Positions 20,670-30,416 of a DNA stretch of 46,035 nucleotides are shown here, one piece after another. Made by a program: the position numbers and the translations under genes. This DNA is from Fibrobacterales bacterium (GTDB taxonomy: Bacteria; Fibrobacterota; Fibrobacteria; Fibrobacterales; JAOPTW01), in assembly GCA_051532055.1 (NCBI GenBank), contig JAOPTX010000004.1, positions 23,168-69,202 of the forward strand, in the 5' to 3' direction. The notes beneath the pieces were generated by a model. That model ran no database searches. It saw only the letters and a list, made by a program, of their open reading frames with translations, and had not been told where the DNA came from. The stretch's first letter is position 1; each line of letters opens with the position of its first letter.

Positions 20670-22358
20670 ATGACATATTCAAAAACACAAATACATCATA
20701 TTTCGCTTATTTTTTGCACACTTATTTGTTTGGGGTGTACAGTAACTGAGAATGCGGGAACCGCCACCGCAACAGAAAACACCTTTGCCGGGGTAGTACT
20801 CTATCCTGATGACGTTCCTGTTGAAGGGGCTGTCGTTACTCTCAGAAAAGTAGGGGTTTCTCCTATTGACTCATTACACCATTCGGTTCAGGTTGATACC
20901 ACGGATAGGTATGGGGAATATTCATTTGAGTTTCCCGATGAAAAAGTTGTTGTTGAAATTGCCGCTATTGACGGAAATAGCGGCAATTGGGGGGAAATTA
21001 TTACTCTTGACCCTGATGCGGTAGATACAACAGGAATCGATACGGTCACTATTGAGACCGTTCTACAGATGGCGGTTGAAGTACAGGTCATTATTCCTGA
21101 TACTATTCCGATTGCCTCAGTATGGGTAGAAGGTACAGGGACTGTATATACAGGATCAGCAGGAGATACGTTAGTATTGCCCGCGGTACCGCAGGGAGAC
21201 CGTATGATTACTATAGATTATAATGGCTCAACACAGACCATTACGAAAGAGGTTACATCGGGTACAGTAGTGGACTTTAAAAATGACTCAGGACAGCCCC
21301 TTAGTCAACCAAGTATCAGTAGCTCTTCTGATGAATTATCGAGCCCAAAAGTTTCTTCGAGTGCCGTTGTATCTTCTAGTACGATAGTCTCTTCGAGTGC
21401 CGTTGTATCATCTAGTACAATAGGTTCCTCAAATGTTCATGTATCATCGAGTAGTACCATAAGTTCAAGTATGGTTTCCTCATCAGAGGCACTTCAAAGT
21501 AGCTCTACGATAGTTCCAGTCATTGAAGTGAGTATCGATACGCTTGCTGGCGTTATTAATGATGTACCCGTTATAATCCCTTTTCTTGTTACGCCCAATG
21601 AGTATTCCGATTCAGTCATTATTACCCTCGGTGATGAAACAATCGCATCTTTGGCAGGGGCGCAAGTTACCGCTCTCTCTTTTGGAACAACTATGGCTTA
21701 TCTCGAAATTCCTCAGTTGAGCATTAAAGATTCTGTGGTGATTCAGGTACAATCATTTCTTGATAGTCGACCCAATACACGGGGAGAAACACAAGTCTAC
21801 TCAATGGTTAAAATTGGTGATCAGGTTTGGATGAAAGAAAATATGAATGTCACGACGGCAACGGGAAGTAGTTGTTATAATGACTCTCTTGAGCATTGTG
21901 ACGTATATGGTACATTGTATGATTGGGAAACGGCTAAAGAAGCTTGTACCGGTGATTGGCTTTTACCATCCTTTGATGACTTTGATTCATTGGGGGCCAC
22001 AGTATCGAGAGAATATGAACTAGGAATAAGAGAGACGAATAATTGGTCAGATATAGCGCCTTTATTTATGGATATAACGTTGGGCCTCTGGGATGTCCAT
22101 TTTCCCATTAATGATTCAACTCAATTTTCAGTACTGCCCGCAGGTTTTTATAACAGTCATTTAAATGAATACTCTCGACTTTTAACTTCGAGTTACTACT
22201 GGACTGATACAGAAGGGAGGGGGGGATACGGACAATATTGGTATATCGGTATGAATCAATTGGATTTAACGGATGAAAAAAGTAAAGCCTTTCAGTGGTA
22301 TGAACAGCCGAAGGCTGGGCGTTATTCTGTACGGTGCATATTGGATATCGTACAATAA
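20670..22358 (+). CDS. Lipoprotein with Ig-like N-terminal region, Ser-rich repeats and C-terminal FISUMP (TIGR02145) domain
   Basis: Lipobox CLGC; VKIGDQVWMKENMN, CY.....C..YG.LY.W, C..W.LPS, FS.LPAG, YYWT and YSVRCILD. Confidence 0.9.
   Translation: MTYSKTQIHHISLIFCTLICLGCTVTENAGTATATENTFAGVVLYPDDVPVEGAVVTLRKVGVSPIDSLHHSVQVDTTDRYGEYSFEFPDEKVVVEIAAIDGNSGNWGEIITLDPDAVDTTGIDTVTIETVLQMAVEVQVIIPDTIPIASVWVEGTGTVYTGSAGDTLVLPAVPQGDRMITIDYNGSTQTITKEVTSGTVVDFKNDSGQPLSQPSISSSSDELSSPKVSSSAVVSSSTIVSSSAVVSSSTIGSSNVHVSSSSTISSSMVSSSEALQSSSTIVPVIEVSIDTLAGVINDVPVIIPFLVTPNEYSDSVIITLGDETIASLAGAQVTALSFGTTMAYLEIPQLSIKDSVVIQVQSFLDSRPNTRGETQVYSMVKIGDQVWMKENMNVTTATGSSCYNDSLEHCDVYGTLYDWETAKEACTGDWLLPSFDDFDSLGATVSREYELGIRETNNWSDIAPLFMDITLGLWDVHFPINDSTQFSVLPAGFYNSHLNEYSRLLTSSYYWTDTEGRGGYGQYWYIGMNQLDLTDEKSKAFQWYEQPKAGRYSVRCILDIVQ
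21352..21425 (+). repeat. 36-bp tandem repeat in the Ser linker (VSSSAVVSSSTI x2)
   Basis: TCTTCGAGTGCCGTTGTATC(T/A)TCTAGTAC(G/A)ATAG is duplicated. Confidence 0.8.
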
Positions 22359-22488
22359 CGAGCATTTAAAGAACCAATGTGTAACAACTTCAAATATGAT
22401 ATTTTTAAGGTATACATAAAATTTACGATGGAGAAAATATTTGAATAGGTATATTCCCCTGTAGTTCCACTAGAACCCTGAGAAATAC

Positions 22489-22965
22489 ATGTCTGATCAA
22501 AACCACAAAGCGACCATACGTTTTCTTGCACAACCCACTGATGTAAATTTCGGGGGGAATGTTCATGGGGGCACCGCTATGAAATGGCTTGACCAAGCAG
22601 GATATGTGTGTGCTGCAGGCTGGAGTCAGAAATATTGTGTCACCGCCTTTGTGGGTGATATCAACTTTAGTAGTCCCATCAAAGTGGGGAGCCTTGTCGA
22701 GGTCACCGCACGCGTTATCTATACCGGTAACTCAACCATGCATATTTCAGTAGCAATAAAATCATGTGATCCACAGAAGTGTGATATGACCCATGCAATA
22801 CGCTGCCTTATGGTTTTTGTTGCCGTAGATGAAAAGGGTAAGCCGGTTCCTGTTCCTAAGTGGACTCCTGCGGGCGAAAAAGAAATTGCTTTGGCAAATT
22901 ATGCAAAACGCATTATCGATGCTCGAAAAATCAATAGCGAAGAGCTTGCGAAGCTCTATAATTAA
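22489..22965 (+). CDS. Acyl-CoA thioesterase (YciA-like hotdog fold)
   Basis: P.D.NFGGNVHGG..MKWLD.AG, F..PI.VG and VFVAVDE.GKP.PVP. Confidence 0.92.
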   Translation: MSDQNHKATIRFLAQPTDVNFGGNVHGGTAMKWLDQAGYVCAAGWSQKYCVTAFVGDINFSSPIKVGSLVEVTARVIYTGNSTMHISVAIKSCDPQKCDMTHAIRCLMVFVAVDEKGKPVPVPKWTPAGEKEIALANYAKRIIDARKINSEELAKLYN

Positions 22966-23128
22966 TGCTCCTTGCCTTGAGTATTTTGGATGGCTAGAGG
23001 CTTCTGGGGCTTAGTAACTATTCAAAGATGTGTTTATCAAGAAAGTGCTTTCTATACTGTGATGTGATTGTTGCATTGAAACACATAATTACTATATTAG
23101 TATAAAATGATTTAATGCTGAGAGAGTA

Positions 23129-23659
23129 ATGGATAATCACGAGCTAAAACAGTACCACACCTTTTTTACGAAACCACTTTTTGCTATGGGCCAGGCGATT
23201 CCGGGAGAGTGTGATGTACGTATTAATGAGACTGCCACTCGCGCACGTGCGGGCCTTCTCAATATTCTTTCCATGATTACTATGGTAATTCTCATTTTTA
23301 AACCTGAACTTGATCCCATTCTTTATGTCGGGCCCTATGTTATTTTTGATATGACTGTTGCGGCACTCTTTGGACTCACCCCCCTTACACCAACGGGCCT
23401 TTTAGGAACAGCGATGACAATAAAATTCCCTGCAGCATGGAAGCCGATTAAACCAAAACGATTCGCATGGACCCTAGGGGCCGTACTGGGTATAACCTGT
23501 TTTGGGCTCCGTCTGTTAGGTGCGCCAAACGAAGCAATACTTGCTGTACTAGGATCGTGTTTTCTTCTTACGTGGCTCGAGGCTGTTCTTGGGTTTTGTG
23601 TTGGATGTTGGATGCATAGTCTCTTCTTTGGCTGTGAAGTGTGTAAGCTGAGTGAATAA
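23129..23659 (+). CDS. DUF4395-like membrane protein
   Basis: INE...RARAG, PKRFAW.LG and LEA.LGFCVGCW; about four hydrophobic helices. Confidence 0.8.
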   Translation: MDNHELKQYHTFFTKPLFAMGQAIPGECDVRINETATRARAGLLNILSMITMVILIFKPELDPILYVGPYVIFDMTVAALFGLTPLTPTGLLGTAMTIKFPAAWKPIKPKRFAWTLGAVLGITCFGLRLLGAPNEAILAVLGSCFLLTWLEAVLGFCVGCWMHSLFFGCEVCKLSE

Positions 23660-23796
23660 TAATGAGCTGAGTCGTATGTCTCTTATTGCATAGTTGCACT
23701 TATCAATGGCAATAGTGTGTTACTCTGCAATTGGGGCTCAAGGGTCGAGTGTTAATAGGTATACTTATTTAAGGTACATTTCAGTGGGTTATATAA

Positions 23797-24435
23797 ATGG
23801 ATGAAAATTTCTGGCATAAAAAATGGCATAAAAATGAGATAGGATTTCATATGTCCCAGGTTAATCCGCAAATTGAAGCGTGGTTTAAAACACTCAATAT
23901 CGTTGCAGGGGGCCGTGTTTTTGTCCCGCTGTGTGGTAAGACTCTTGATATAGGTTGGCTCTTGGAGCAAGGCTTTGAAGTTGTTGGTGCTGAATTAAAT
24001 GAAACTGCCGTTTCTGAATTATTTGAGTCACTTGATATTGAACCAGAAGTGACCAATGATGGCGATGTTACTTGGTATCGAGGGCCGCGTATTGCTATTG
24101 CTCAAGGAAACATTTTTAACATTACCGCAGCTACCTTAGGGCATGTCGATGCAATCTATGATCGTGCGGCTCTAATTGCTCTTCCCGATGATCTCCGAGA
24201 GAAGTACTGTAATCATTTGATTGCGATTACTCAGTCTGCTCTACAATTATTGGTATCAATTGAATATGACCAGAATGAGATGAATGGCCCGCCATTTTCA
24301 GTACCCCATGAGTGGGTTGAAGGTGCGTATGCTAAAGCCTATTCACTAACAGTGTTGGTGATCAAAGATGTCCCTGGTGGCCTTAAAGGTCGTACTGAAT
24401 GTACTGAGACTGTCTGGAAACTAGACAGGGTCTAA
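23797..24435 (+). CDS. tpm: Thiopurine S-methyltransferase
   Basis: FWH.KW....IGFH, RVFVPLCGKTLD, YDRAALIALP and GPPFSV. Confidence 0.95.
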   Translation: MDENFWHKKWHKNEIGFHMSQVNPQIEAWFKTLNIVAGGRVFVPLCGKTLDIGWLLEQGFEVVGAELNETAVSELFESLDIEPEVTNDGDVTWYRGPRIAIAQGNIFNITAATLGHVDAIYDRAALIALPDDLREKYCNHLIAITQSALQLLVSIEYDQNEMNGPPFSVPHEWVEGAYAKAYSLTVLVIKDVPGGLKGRTECTETVWKLDRV

Positions 24436-24465
24436 TGTTTTTTAAAGACCTGTCGGTAGTAACTC

Positions 24466-24738
24466 TTAAAGATCGTCTAATCCTTTTTGTTCAATAACGA
24501 CCTCGCCTGATTTTATTTTACATTGACAGGCGAGACGTTCATTCCCCTCAATACCAAATTCAATTTCAGATTGCGTTGGTTCTTCTATGTGTTCTGCCCC
24601 TGATACAACCTCTATGAGGCATGCACCACAGACACCGTGACAACATGAGAAGGTGACCCCAAGGTCTTCTGCTGCATCAAATATTCTGATACCATTTTCA
24701 ACATCAATAGATTGTTCTTTTCTGGTTAATTGAGCCAT
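24466..24738 (-). CDS. 2Fe-2S ferredoxin
   Basis: C-x4-C-x2-C (CCHGVCGAC) and RLACQ; GGGAG RBS. Confidence 0.93.
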   Translation of the reverse strand: MAQLTRKEQSIDVENGIRIFDAAEDLGVTFSCCHGVCGACLIEVVSGAEHIEEPTQSEIEFGIEGNERLACQCKIKSGEVVIEQKGLDDL

Positions 24739-25003
24739 TAGTTCTCCCTTGTTTAGGTTGATAAATATATCAAAAAAATAGGAAAAACCTGTGGGGCCGG
24801 TTGCCTGACCTTTGTTGAAGTAAAATAATTGTTACAGAGGGCTCTATAGTGGTCTTATTGATAGGTTTTCGTTGTTTGTAGACAAAATAATTTGTAATAA
24901 ATGTCTACGTGATCTATATTAATCCTAGCCTTAGAGGATCGCAATTTGACTGTAACAGTAATTGTTGACGGGTTTGGCATCTGCTCTGAGGGAGAGGGTT
25001 TCT

Positions 25004-27259
25004 ATGAAAATGACAGGTTATTTTAGGTGTCTATTAATGGTGATGGTTGTGTCGAGTCAAACGGTATGGTCGTTAAATGATATTCCCGTTTACTACGACG
25101 CCTGGGAGGAAGATGGTGAAGGCTGCCAGCGAATGGGTATTCAGAATGGTGATTGGACATGGGATGTACGTATTGCAGAGATAAGCAGTAGTGTAGTTGA
25201 TGCAATCGACCTCAATGATATGACCACAACGGTATCAACTGAGATGATTCCAATTAATTGTGATGACGCCTATCGGGGGACCGATGCTCTTGAATTAGAA
25301 GTAAAAGAAAATGTGGGCGATGGAGGTGATTATCATCTCCAAGCAAAGTTTGCCAATAATCGTTCGTATCGCTTAACAGGCTATAAAGATATCAGGTTTA
25401 GAGTTAAGAATTTAACCGGTGAAGCCGAAACAATTGCGCTAGAATTGGTGACGGATTTTCCTTTTCCTATGCATATTAATGTTCCCATTGCTGCAGATGC
25501 AGAGTGGGATGAGGTTGTTGTCCCTTTAGAAGAATTTGCAGTACTCGATTGGAGTGGTGAAAAAACTGATGACTTTGACTCCGATGCTGAATATGTTGGT
25601 GTAGGGATTGCTTATGCAAAAGACCCCGATGGATCTGCACTGCATCTGCTCATAGATGATATTCGTCTGACCGATGGAAGTGATGCCCCCATGCTTAAAG
25701 TACCCGAGGCTGTTGGCGGTACTATTCCTGAGGGATGGCCCGAGTATCTCGCCACCGGATATTTAGACACACGCGGTAAGTGGGATACCTATGGTGACTT
25801 TGATACGGATAGTGATTATCGCTATCAATATATTATGCCCGAAACGTTTACTGCATGGGGCGAGAAATTTGTTGAGGAGTATGTCGATAAAAGTGATGAG
25901 CTCGGTTTTAAAACTGCTTTTGTGTGGTACAATTTTGGTAAGGTGAGCGAATCTATGGTTGCAGATAATCTCAATGATAATACGTTCATGGATGATTACT
26001 TTGAGCGCTATGATGAGTTACTGAATCAAATGGCTTCGGGAGGCCCTGATCAGAAAGAATACCTGTTGGTGTTAGAACCGGACCTCTATGGGAAGCTGAT
26101 GCAAGATGACCACTTGCCGACAATGGATGGCGCTGAGGTTGCCGTAGATATGAGTAAAGCAAATGAACTTTCGGGGGTAACCTACGCATCAACTATGGTT
26201 GGATGGTCTGAATATTTAGTAGACCGTGCCCATGAGAAACTTGAAAGTAAAGGGGTGATGCTGGGCCACATGCTTAATCACTGGGGGTATGGCATTCCTG
26301 GACAAGTGGGACAGGGACGTATCGAATCTCATGTGATGAGTGGCTATGCACAAGGAGATTTTATTCGCTCATTAGGTGACAAGGGGAAAGGTGATATGAT
26401 CTTTGTCGAGAAGAGTGACCGCGATGCAGGGAACCCAGAAAAAGCAAAGCAGGATTGGTTTTGGACCGATGATAATTATGCCAAATATTTTAGTTGGACC
26501 AAATGTCTTTCGCACCGTGCAGGTCTCAGAATTGTTGGCTGGCAAATATCCGAAGGGAACATGGATCATCCAGACGCAGGTAATCGCGATGATGCGGTAC
26601 AGTATTTTGTCGATAACCCTCAGAAATGGATAGAAGCTGGTTTCATTGGAGTGCTCTTTGGTGCGGGGCTTTCAGGCAATGCAAACTATCCTACTAATAA
26701 AGTTGAAGAGAATGATGGTGGTTGGTTTTCAAAAACGATTAAAGAGTATATGACGGCACCGATGAAATTCTCAGATGTGGTAGTGGTAGTAGAAAATGAC
26801 CTTTCGAGTGATGCACGCGATAACGCACAGTCTTCCGATGACTTGTCTGATAATTTATCAAATGACTTTTCGGAAGAGAGTTCTGATGGTAAGACTGAGT
26901 TCAGTTCAGAAGGGAGTGAATTTTTCGATTCTTCAGTGAGTCAGAGTTCGAACGAAGAGGGGCGTGATGCTAATGACTCATCTGACGAGACTGCAGAACA
27001 TTCACAAGAGGTCTCAGTATTAGTGTCGAGACAGCAGAGTGCTTTAGTAGCGTTTAATGGTTCCACGCTCACTGTCAGCGGAGTATCCAGTGCTGCTCAC
27101 CTAAAGCTCTTCTCGTTTACTGGTGAGAAGGTTGAATTGCTCTCTGTCGAGAATGGAGTGATTGAGGTCCCGCAATTGAAGCAAGGAGTGGTAATCTATT
27201 CAGTGGTAGATAGAAGCACTCACATTATTCTTGGGGCGGGTACTCTTACTGTTTGGTAG
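25004..27259 (+). CDS. Secreted protein: CBM-like beta-sandwich, uncharacterised glycoside-hydrolase-like domain, acidic/Ser linker, T9SS-like tail
   Basis: GAGAGG RBS before ATG 25004; W..V.VPL..F...IDDIRL CBM-like region; YRYQY, LVLEPDLYG, DRDAG, WQ...GN and GVLFGAG; tail LFSFTG...QGV.IY. Confidence 0.7.
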   Translation: MKMTGYFRCLLMVMVVSSQTVWSLNDIPVYYDAWEEDGEGCQRMGIQNGDWTWDVRIAEISSSVVDAIDLNDMTTTVSTEMIPINCDDAYRGTDALELEVKENVGDGGDYHLQAKFANNRSYRLTGYKDIRFRVKNLTGEAETIALELVTDFPFPMHINVPIAADAEWDEVVVPLEEFAVLDWSGEKTDDFDSDAEYVGVGIAYAKDPDGSALHLLIDDIRLTDGSDAPMLKVPEAVGGTIPEGWPEYLATGYLDTRGKWDTYGDFDTDSDYRYQYIMPETFTAWGEKFVEEYVDKSDELGFKTAFVWYNFGKVSESMVADNLNDNTFMDDYFERYDELLNQMASGGPDQKEYLLVLEPDLYGKLMQDDHLPTMDGAEVAVDMSKANELSGVTYASTMVGWSEYLVDRAHEKLESKGVMLGHMLNHWGYGIPGQVGQGRIESHVMSGYAQGDFIRSLGDKGKGDMIFVEKSDRDAGNPEKAKQDWFWTDDNYAKYFSWTKCLSHRAGLRIVGWQISEGNMDHPDAGNRDDAVQYFVDNPQKWIEAGFIGVLFGAGLSGNANYPTNKVEENDGGWFSKTIKEYMTAPMKFSDVVVVVENDLSSDARDNAQSSDDLSDNLSNDFSEESSDGKTEFSSEGSEFFDSSVSQSSNEEGRDANDSSDETAEHSQEVSVLVSRQQSALVAFNGSTLTVSGVSSAAHLKLFSFTGEKVELLSVENGVIEVPQLKQGVVIYSVVDRSTHIILGAGTLTVW

Positions 27260-27380
27260 TGGGTACTCTATTTCATATCTGTAAAAAGGTACTACAACCT
27301 TATGGTTAATTTAAACCATTGGGTGTTTGTAAATTTCTTATAATTACCTTTGAGCCTAAAATAGAATGATGGAGAGTCTC

Positions 27381-27950
27381 ATGAGTAAAGTCGCAATTGT
27401 ATATTACAGCAAAACAGATATTACGGGTCAATTAGTTCAAGCGTGCGCTGAGTCAATACAGCAGGAAGGTGCTGAGGTGGTGAGTTACCTTATTGAGGGT
27501 AAAAACATCATAGAAGGTCGATTTGAAGATAGTTCAATATACGCTGTTCTCGAAGAATGTGATGCAATTATTTTTGCTTCACCAACCTATATGGGAAATG
27601 TTTCTGCACAGTTTAAGACTTTTGTTGATGCTTCGGGCGATGCGTGGTATTCTCAAAAATGGTCTGGTAAGGTTGCTGCAGGTATTACTTGCGGCGGTGC
27701 ACCCAATGGCGATCAAGCGAATACCCTCCAATATATGCAAACTCTTGCGTGTCAACACGGAATGTATTGGGTCTCTCTTGATGTGCATAATGGGCTCAAC
27801 AAAGGACTTAACCGTTTAGGATGTCAACTAGGCGTTGTTGCTCAGTCTGAAGGGGGCAAACCCAAAGAAGAAGATCTTGCGACTGCAGTTTATTTAGGCA
27901 AAAGAGTCACGACCTTGCTCAATAAGTTAAAATCGGCTCCTGAAGAGTAG
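27381..27950 (+). CDS. WrbA-like flavodoxin-fold NAD(P)H-dependent oxidoreductase
   Basis: IVYYS.T..T, DAIIFASPTYMG.VSAQFK.F.D, W.GK.AAG and QHGM.WV; GGAGAG RBS. Alternative start 27366. Confidence 0.9.
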   Translation: MSKVAIVYYSKTDITGQLVQACAESIQQEGAEVVSYLIEGKNIIEGRFEDSSIYAVLEECDAIIFASPTYMGNVSAQFKTFVDASGDAWYSQKWSGKVAAGITCGGAPNGDQANTLQYMQTLACQHGMYWVSLDVHNGLNKGLNRLGCQLGVVAQSEGGKPKEEDLATAVYLGKRVTTLLNKLKSAPEE

Positions 27951-28015
27951 AAAGTTGCTCCATATTGCTTGAATGTGTGATATATTCATAAGAGACCCTT
28001 TTTTGGTGGCCCTTA

Positions 28016-29185
28016 GTGAGTAATTATCTGAGCAGACAATTTTTCTCAAAAAAATCAATCATTTCTTTTGTTGTTTTGGGAGTTGCATTAAGTGTAGCGG
28101 CTGGGTGTGATAGGAATACTATTGCACCTGATCAAGACCAAGCTGCCAAGCTCTCTCTAATCAATACAACACTATCGGGTTCCAGTGCAGAAGCCGTGAA
28201 CTCAAATACTCTGGATGTTACTTTAGATACTGATGATCTACGTTCAGTGGTTCCGTATCCTCCGGTTGTTGAGGAAATTGTTGAGGAAATAACCGACTAT
28301 GCAACCCAATATGTAGTACTCATTGTAATTGATGGGGTCCGATTCTCAGAATCGTGGGGCGCAGAAGACAATAAATATATTCCATACACCTCGAATGCAT
28401 TGGCAAAACTGGGTGTGGTCAATATGGAATTTTATAATGATGGTAAAACAAAAACAATACCTGGGCATACCGCTGCTCTCACAGGAATTCGACAAAATAT
28501 GAATAACTGGGGCAAAGAGCTACCCGATAAACACTCATATTTACAAGAGTGGCGTAAAACACACAATAAAGATTCGACAGATGCTTTTATACTCACATCA
28601 AAAGGAAAGCTTGAGGTTCTCGCAGATACTGATGAAGAGGAGTGGCACAATAAATATCGGCCCGCTACTTATTGTGGGGTCGATGGTGTTGGCGTTGATG
28701 CTGATTATGGTTACGATAGTACCACCTATCGAAAAGGCTTAGAGCTGATTCAAGAACATTACCCTGAGCTGATTGTTATTTCATTTAAAAATCCTGACTC
28801 GTTTGGTCATGCTGAAGATTGGGAAGGGTATATCCAGGCGATCACTGACTCCGATGAGTATATATATCGACTCTGGAGCTTTTTCGAGACAGACCCGGTG
28901 TATAAGGGAAAAACAACGTTACTCGTGACCAATGATCATGGTCGTCATCTTGATGAAGAGGGTGGGATTCATAACCATGGCGATGGCTGTGATGGCTGCC
29001 GTCATATAAACCTCCTTGCTATAGGGCCCGACTTTAAATCAGATGTGTTTGTTAATACTCATCGTTCACTTATCGATATCCCTCACACTATTGGCGAGCT
29101 TATGGATTTTGAAATGCCTCATGGAGAAGGGAACGTTATGACCGAGCTCTTTAAAGATGAAGTGAAACATCTTCTTGATGATTAA
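28016..29185 (+). CDS. Alkaline-phosphatase-superfamily (phosphodiesterase/metalloenzyme) lipoprotein
   Basis: Lipobox AAGC; IDGVR, T.PGH, D..GH, TNDHG and distal His metal ligands. Confidence 0.85.
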   Translation: MSNYLSRQFFSKKSIISFVVLGVALSVAAGCDRNTIAPDQDQAAKLSLINTTLSGSSAEAVNSNTLDVTLDTDDLRSVVPYPPVVEEIVEEITDYATQYVVLIVIDGVRFSESWGAEDNKYIPYTSNALAKLGVVNMEFYNDGKTKTIPGHTAALTGIRQNMNNWGKELPDKHSYLQEWRKTHNKDSTDAFILTSKGKLEVLADTDEEEWHNKYRPATYCGVDGVGVDADYGYDSTTYRKGLELIQEHYPELIVISFKNPDSFGHAEDWEGYIQAITDSDEYIYRLWSFFETDPVYKGKTTLLVTNDHGRHLDEEGGIHNHGDGCDGCRHINLLAIGPDFKSDVFVNTHRSLIDIPHTIGELMDFEMPHGEGNVMTELFKDEVKHLLDD

Positions 29186-29207
29186 TCCTTAGTTCTTTTC
29201 TCGTTGA

Positions 29208-30350
29208 TTATTTAAAACGAAGAGTCGCGGTAACTGGTTCGTGGTCAGATGGGGCACAGCCATTTTCATCTGAAAATATTTTATCGGTGTCATCACCACA
29301 ACCATTAGGGTCTCTATACTCAATGACCTGTGCGTCAAGAGTTATCCACTCTTCTTCAGGTACATAGATGTAGTCTAGTTTCTCTCCGGTACGGCCATGA
29401 TTGTCTATAGTCTTCGTACGCATATAGTCGACCCCCACTTCGTTAATATCAAGCCAAGTATCTCTAAAAGGGTAATCATTTGTTTTATCTGCGTATTCTC
29501 CCCGGAAGTACTGGGCACCGTTCTCATCATTGGTATTAAAATCGCCCGTGACAATTGCAGGGTAATCAGGGAACTCTCGATCTCGTATTTTCGCAGCAAG
29601 TGAGACACCATGGCTTAACCAGCTATCCTTGGCAAAATCTTGATAATTCCAATGGGTATTGTAAATGTAAAATTGGCGGTCAAGGGTGTCTTTAAACAGA
29701 GCCCAAACACAGTGACGGCCTTCTGCTGATTCGAGCTCAAAGCGTCCACTATCAATAACCGTAAAGAGGTCCTTTTTGTATAAAATATCATTTCTATCTT
29801 CGAAAGCCGCTGAGCGGTATTCACTCAAAGTATCAAGGATATCTTTTGTAGGGAAGTATCCAATACCTTGATCTTGCCAGTTTTCTTGAATGCCAATAAT
29901 ATCAGGGTTTTCTGATTGAATCATTTTGAAGGCAATAGATCTTCGTGAGGTGATCCATGTTTCCGTAAACCAGAGGTTATAGGTCATAATTTTAAGGGAG
30001 TCTTGGGAAGCTGAGCTCGATGTCGCACTACTGGAGTTTGAACTGGAGTCCTCCAAAGATTTTAAATCTGAGCTTGAGGCTGCACTTGATGATTTTGATA
30101 CACTTGATGACGGTGTACTTGATGATGCTGCGCTTGAAAGGGATGTGGGGGCACTGCTTGACTCTGGTGAGGATGATTCTGGAGGTGCTGATTCACTTAA
30201 TGGTGCGTCATCACTTGATAAAACGGGCTCTTCACTGGAGCCTGCCTCAGAACTCAAATCGAGGACGGTTTCGATCTTTGGAGTTGTTGCTTCGCAAAAG
30301 GTGAGTGACAAACAGAGGAGGAGTAGTCCAAAATGAATTATAGGGGTCAT
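29208..30350 (-). CDS. Endonuclease/exonuclease/phosphatase (EEP) family protein with Ser-rich linker, probable lipoprotein
   Basis: MTYNL, DIIGIQE, YNTH, GDFN, LDYI and SDH motifs; Cys after the hydrophobic signal (LTFC). Confidence 0.9.
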   Translation of the reverse strand: MTPIIHFGLLLLCLSLTFCEATTPKIETVLDLSSEAGSSEEPVLSSDDAPLSESAPPESSSPESSSAPTSLSSAASSSTPSSSVSKSSSAASSSDLKSLEDSSSNSSSATSSSASQDSLKIMTYNLWFTETWITSRRSIAFKMIQSENPDIIGIQENWQDQGIGYFPTKDILDTLSEYRSAAFEDRNDILYKKDLFTVIDSGRFELESAEGRHCVWALFKDTLDRQFYIYNTHWNYQDFAKDSWLSHGVSLAAKIRDREFPDYPAIVTGDFNTNDENGAQYFRGEYADKTNDYPFRDTWLDINEVGVDYMRTKTIDNHGRTGEKLDYIYVPEEEWITLDAQVIEYRDPNGCGDDTDKIFSDENGCAPSDHEPVTATLRFK

Positions 30351-30416
30351 ATAGCTCTCAGTATACTTAACGGTATATACGTTAAATATATAAAAAGAGA
30401 GCTCTGTAGTGGGGAG

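Noticed and set aside
21780..22358. FISUMP domain as a diversity-generating retroelement target
   Set aside because: No reverse transcriptase or template repeat was seen in the window.
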